The notes under the pieces are model-generated. The model was not told the DNA's origin. It did not search any database and was given only the letters and a program-made list of their open reading frames with translations. Of a stretch of 64,000 nucleotides of DNA, positions 60,799 through 64,000 are shown in pieces. The first letter of the stretch is position 1; the number at the start of each line of letters is the position of its first letter. Both the position numbers and the translations under genes were made by a program. Source of the stretch: Candidatus Binatia bacterium (lineage in GTDB: Bacteria > Desulfobacterota > Binatia > Bin18); assembly GCA_963666315.2 (NCBI GenBank), contig CAXXHG010000043.1, forward strand, positions 448,001 through 512,000. Reading direction: 5' to 3'.

Positions 60799-60948
60799 CC
60801 AAACTTCGGCATGACCTGCGTGGCGAACAGCTCCATTGAGCGTTCGGACTGAGCTTGGGTCAGACTGCCCCAAGCAAATGACACCAAAATATAATTGTAG
60901 CCGCTCGTCTCAAAGAAGCTGGCAATGGCGCCCTGCATTCGACTGGGC
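60799..60948 (-). repeat. 150-bp direct repeat copy A: remnant of LLM gene 3' end
   Basis: 137/150 identical to 63281-63430 by manual alignment. Confidence 0.92.
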
Positions 60949-61133
60949 AATCTTTCGCTCGGCCCGCTATCAGCTCGTATCGGGCGGAGGAGTAGGATGG
61001 CCATGAGCTTGAGTGTGCAGATCGTGGCCTATCTTCTCTATTTCTCCGCACATGGCGACACCACGCCGGTTGCCTGCCCTTATTGCCCAGGGTAAGACAG
61101 AACCATCAGAATAACCGAGGGAGCGTAACGACC

Positions 61134-61801
61134 ATGGCATCAGATATACAGTTCCACTACTTCCACGGAAGAGGCATCGGAGAGCCGATCCGCCTGCTGT
61201 TCACCGTGGGTGAGATCGAATTTACAGACCATCGTTATACCGTGGACCGAATTCGCCGATATGGCGGCGTTCAAAGCACAGCTGCCTTTCGGACAAATGC
61301 CTGCCCTTGAGGTAGACGGCGTATTCATAGGGCAGACGGACAGCATTGCGCGTCTAGCTGCGCGCTTAGCTGGTTTGTATCCGTCGGATCCTATTGAGGC
61401 AGCGCGCAGTGACATGATCGTCGTGCACCAAGCGGAAATTCAGTCTGCCATCGCAAAGATGAGCTTCGATGGCGTTCCCGGTACTCCAGAGATGAAAATG
61501 GTTCCGCAAGAAGAGAGGCAGAAACGCATCGCCGCATTTTGCGAGACGAAGCTTCCCGGCCTTCTGCTACGCCTAGAGCATCTGCCACAGGAATCCTGCA
61601 TGGGTGGGGTCGCAGCTGTCGTGGGCTGATATTTCTGTCTTCAATCGGTTGAACCAACTACTCGACATGAATGAAAACGTATTGCAGCCTGACTTCCCAA
61701 AACTGCAGGCGGTATACGAAAGAGTCGAGGCGTTACCGCAAATCCAGTCATGGATGCAGATGCACAAAGACGACTATCCCAGATGCGAAGCAGGGGGCTA
61801 A
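61134..61801 (+). pseudogene. Glutathione S-transferase (sigma-class-like), frameshifted
   Basis: YF.GRG.GEPIRLLF / LPFGQ.P.LEVDG..I.QT..IAR / G.QLSWAD...FPKL across three frames. Confidence 0.85.
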
Positions 61802-61820
61802 GGGGTATTTACGAAGCCGA

Positions 61821-63218
61821 TCAACTCGATGTGACAGGTCTCAAACCTTCCGACGTGAAGGGATACGGAAGAAGATGCTCTTCCGCATTCAAGTCGTGAA
61901 TCGAAGCACAGCCTAGGAGCCGCATGGTATCCTCAATTTCTTTTTTCAGGATGGCAAACGCCTTGCGAACCCCCGCCTCGCCACCCGCCCCAAGACCGTA
62001 TACATATGCCCGTCCAGCCAGCACGGCATCGGCGCCATGGGCTAAGGCAATGACCACATCTCCGCCGGAACGAATGCCTCCGTCTAACAAGATCTTCATC
62101 TTGGAGCCTTTGAGTTTGGACGCAATGTCTTTTAGTACGTACAAGGTCGGGTAGACGCGATCCATCTGGCGTCCGCCATGGTTAGATATGATAATGCCGT
62201 CCACTCCATGTTCGACCGCGAGCTGGGCATCTTCGACACACTGCACACCCTTCATGAGGATGGGCTTATCCTTGCCCCAGACTTCTCGAATCCAGGGTAG
62301 ATGCTCCCACGTGACGACCGAAGCGCGCAGCTGAGCTCCAACGTCCGCGTATGGCATTGGCTGTCCATTATTCAGAATAACATTCCGGAATTGCATCATC
62401 CCGCCGTCCGCGTAAAAGCTCTTCAGCCAGGAGAGATGGGGTAGCATTTGGGGGCCAAATTTCAGTTTCTGGAATGGCGTGCCATTAATTGCTTGTGAGG
62501 CGCCTAACCATTCGTGCTGGGCACGATTCCCCGCGACAGCCGTATCTATAGTGAGCACGAGCGCAGAATAGCCCGCGTTTTTTGCGCGCTCGATGCCTCG
62601 TGCTGCGACGTCTTTCCCACCAACGAGATACAGCTGATACCAACACGGTCCTTGTGAGGCAGCTCTGACTTCTTCTAGATCAGTCCCCGTCATCGTTGAG
62701 AGGGTGCATATTGTCCCTGCTTCGCCGACCGCCTTGGCAGCGACGGCCTCTCCACGGGGCCAGAGCATGCGGGTGCTGCCTATCGGAGCGGCTATAACGG
62801 GCAGACCAATGGTGTGGCCTAGAATTTCAGTCTGCATCTCGACTGAGTCTAGCTGTATCGCAGATCTCGGCTTAAAACGTTCTCTTTGAAAGGCTTCGAC
62901 ATTGTCTCTGAGCGTGATTTCATTGTCGGCTCCACCACGATAATACTCTCTCACAATCGGTGGCACGCGCTTCTCCATCACCTGCCGGAGATGATCTATG
63001 CTGATGCATTTTTCGACCTTTCTCGCCCAGCGCTCAGCACTCCTGGCATGCGCGCGTTGGAGGTAGGGTTGAAGCACCCGCAGTCCAGCGTTTTGTCCAC
63101 TGAGTCGAAGTCCGCCAGCCTCTTCAGCAGGGGCAGCTGTTGTATGAGAATGCTTCACCGAAGCTGAGGGATCAGGAGCTTGCTCTAGAGTTCGTTCGAG
63201 AGGTCGCGGGTGAGTCAT
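61821..63218 (-). CDS. FMN-dependent alpha-hydroxy acid oxidase/dehydrogenase (LldD/mandelate dehydrogenase family)
   Basis: Y..GGA..E.TL..N, AP.G, WYQLY, LT.D, LMKG, SNHGGRQ, DGGIRSG.D, GR; start uncertain. Confidence 0.92.
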   Translation of the reverse strand: MTHPRPLERTLEQAPDPSASVKHSHTTAAPAEEAGGLRLSGQNAGLRVLQPYLQRAHARSAERWARKVEKCISIDHLRQVMEKRVPPIVREYYRGGADNEITLRDNVEAFQRERFKPRSAIQLDSVEMQTEILGHTIGLPVIAAPIGSTRMLWPRGEAVAAKAVGEAGTICTLSTMTGTDLEEVRAASQGPCWYQLYLVGGKDVAARGIERAKNAGYSALVLTIDTAVAGNRAQHEWLGASQAINGTPFQKLKFGPQMLPHLSWLKSFYADGGMMQFRNVILNNGQPMPYADVGAQLRASVVTWEHLPWIREVWGKDKPILMKGVQCVEDAQLAVEHGVDGIIISNHGGRQMDRVYPTLYVLKDIASKLKGSKMKILLDGGIRSGGDVVIALAHGADAVLAGRAYVYGLGAGGEAGVRKAFAILKKEIEDTMRLLGCASIHDLNAEEHLLPYPFTSEGLRPVTSS

Positions 63219-63276
63219 AGCTGCAATGCTCCATGCAATGCTCGGATAATGCTTGGATGAGGCTCGTATTGAGGCC

Positions 63277-64000
63277 TCATCCAAACTTCGGCATGACCTG
63301 CGTGGCGAACAGCTCCATTGAGCGTTCGGACTGGGTTTGGGTCAGACCACCCCAGGCGAATGATCCCAAAATATAATTGCAGCCACTGGTCTCAAAGAAG
63401 CTGGCAATGGCGTCCTGCACTCGACTGGGCGAGCCGACGATGGCGACGTCGAGGCTGCGGGCGACATCCAGGTCCGGGGTGAACAAGGTGTGAGCAACAC
63501 CAAAGTCCAGCCACAGTTTTTCGATGTTGTCGTAATGCTTTTTGTAGGCCGGCGTAGCAATGGTCTCGGCTTCCTGATCGGTCTCGGCCACAAAAATATG
63601 CCGCAAGGCGCCCATCTTGGGCGCTTCAATATGCGGGTTGAGATTCAGCGGATTATCGCGGTTTTGGGACCACATGTCTTGATACTGAGCCGTCAGTTTC
63701 TTGAGTCCATTATTCGGTCCGCCGCTGGCCATGTGCATGCCGCGCTCGGCGGCAAATTGGAGGCTGTTCGGATTGACGACACCATACCAAAAGGGTGGAT
63801 TCGGCGTTTGCTTGGGGTGAAGTTCAATGGGCACGTCTACGCATTCATAATGCCGACCCTGATACGACAGGCGCTCTTGGCGTAGGCCCGCCACGACCAT
63901 CTCAAGCGCTTCTTGAAACATCGCGCGCGAATGCAGAAAAGGCACCCCAAAGTACGCCTGTTCAAAGGGCGAGACGCCTCGGCCCACACCGATCTCTAAG
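63277..64000 (-). CDS. LLM class flavin-dependent oxidoreductase (N-terminus outside window)
   Basis: G.GRGVSPFE, P.Q.P.PP.W, VG.P..V, SMELFA..VMP. Confidence 0.9.
   Translation of the reverse strand, partial: LEIGVGRGVSPFEQAYFGVPFLHSRAMFQEALEMVVAGLRQERLSYQGRHYECVDVPIELHPKQTPNPPFWYGVVNPNSLQFAAERGMHMASGGPNNGLKKLTAQYQDMWSQNRDNPLNLNPHIEAPKMGALRHIFVAETDQEAETIATPAYKKHYDNIEKLWLDFGVAHTLFTPDLDVARSLDVAIVGSPSRVQDAIASFFETSGCNYILGSFAWGGLTQTQSERSMELFATQVMPKFG
63281..63430 (-). repeat. 150-bp direct repeat copy B (3' end of LLM gene)
   Basis: Matches 60799-60948. Confidence 0.92.

Overview
Bacterial chromosomal window (mid-50s % GC by eye). Gene content (many family III CoA-transferases, luciferase-like/F420-type oxidoreductases, amidohydrolases, APH-family kinases, a GldAFG-DUF4340 ABC system) resembles Binatia/deltaproteobacterial lineages; this placement is inference. 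About 60 genes were recognised, including rmlBAC, a RavA/ViaA-like pair, purC, tatA/B-tatC, an ECF sigma/anti-sigma locus and two toxin-antitoxin modules. No rRNA, tRNA, CRISPR array or transposase was seen. Main observations: (1) a hidden 384-aa PrdB/GrdB-like selenoprotein (in-frame UGA in a UxxC motif plus a SECIS-like hairpin, with an extra C-terminal domain) in an amidohydrolase-selenoprotein-cupin operon; (2) two divergent structured non-coding segments at 42.0-42.6 kb that share motifs and could base-pair; (3) an intact TrpC-fold protein missing most catalytic residues; (4) a DUF4301 protein carrying the motif series of eukaryote-type UDP-glucose pyrophosphorylases next to treT/rml; (5) about ten genes broken by nonsense codons, frameshifts and deletions, suggesting ongoing genome decay. 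All family assignments come from motif recognition by eye; no database searches were run.
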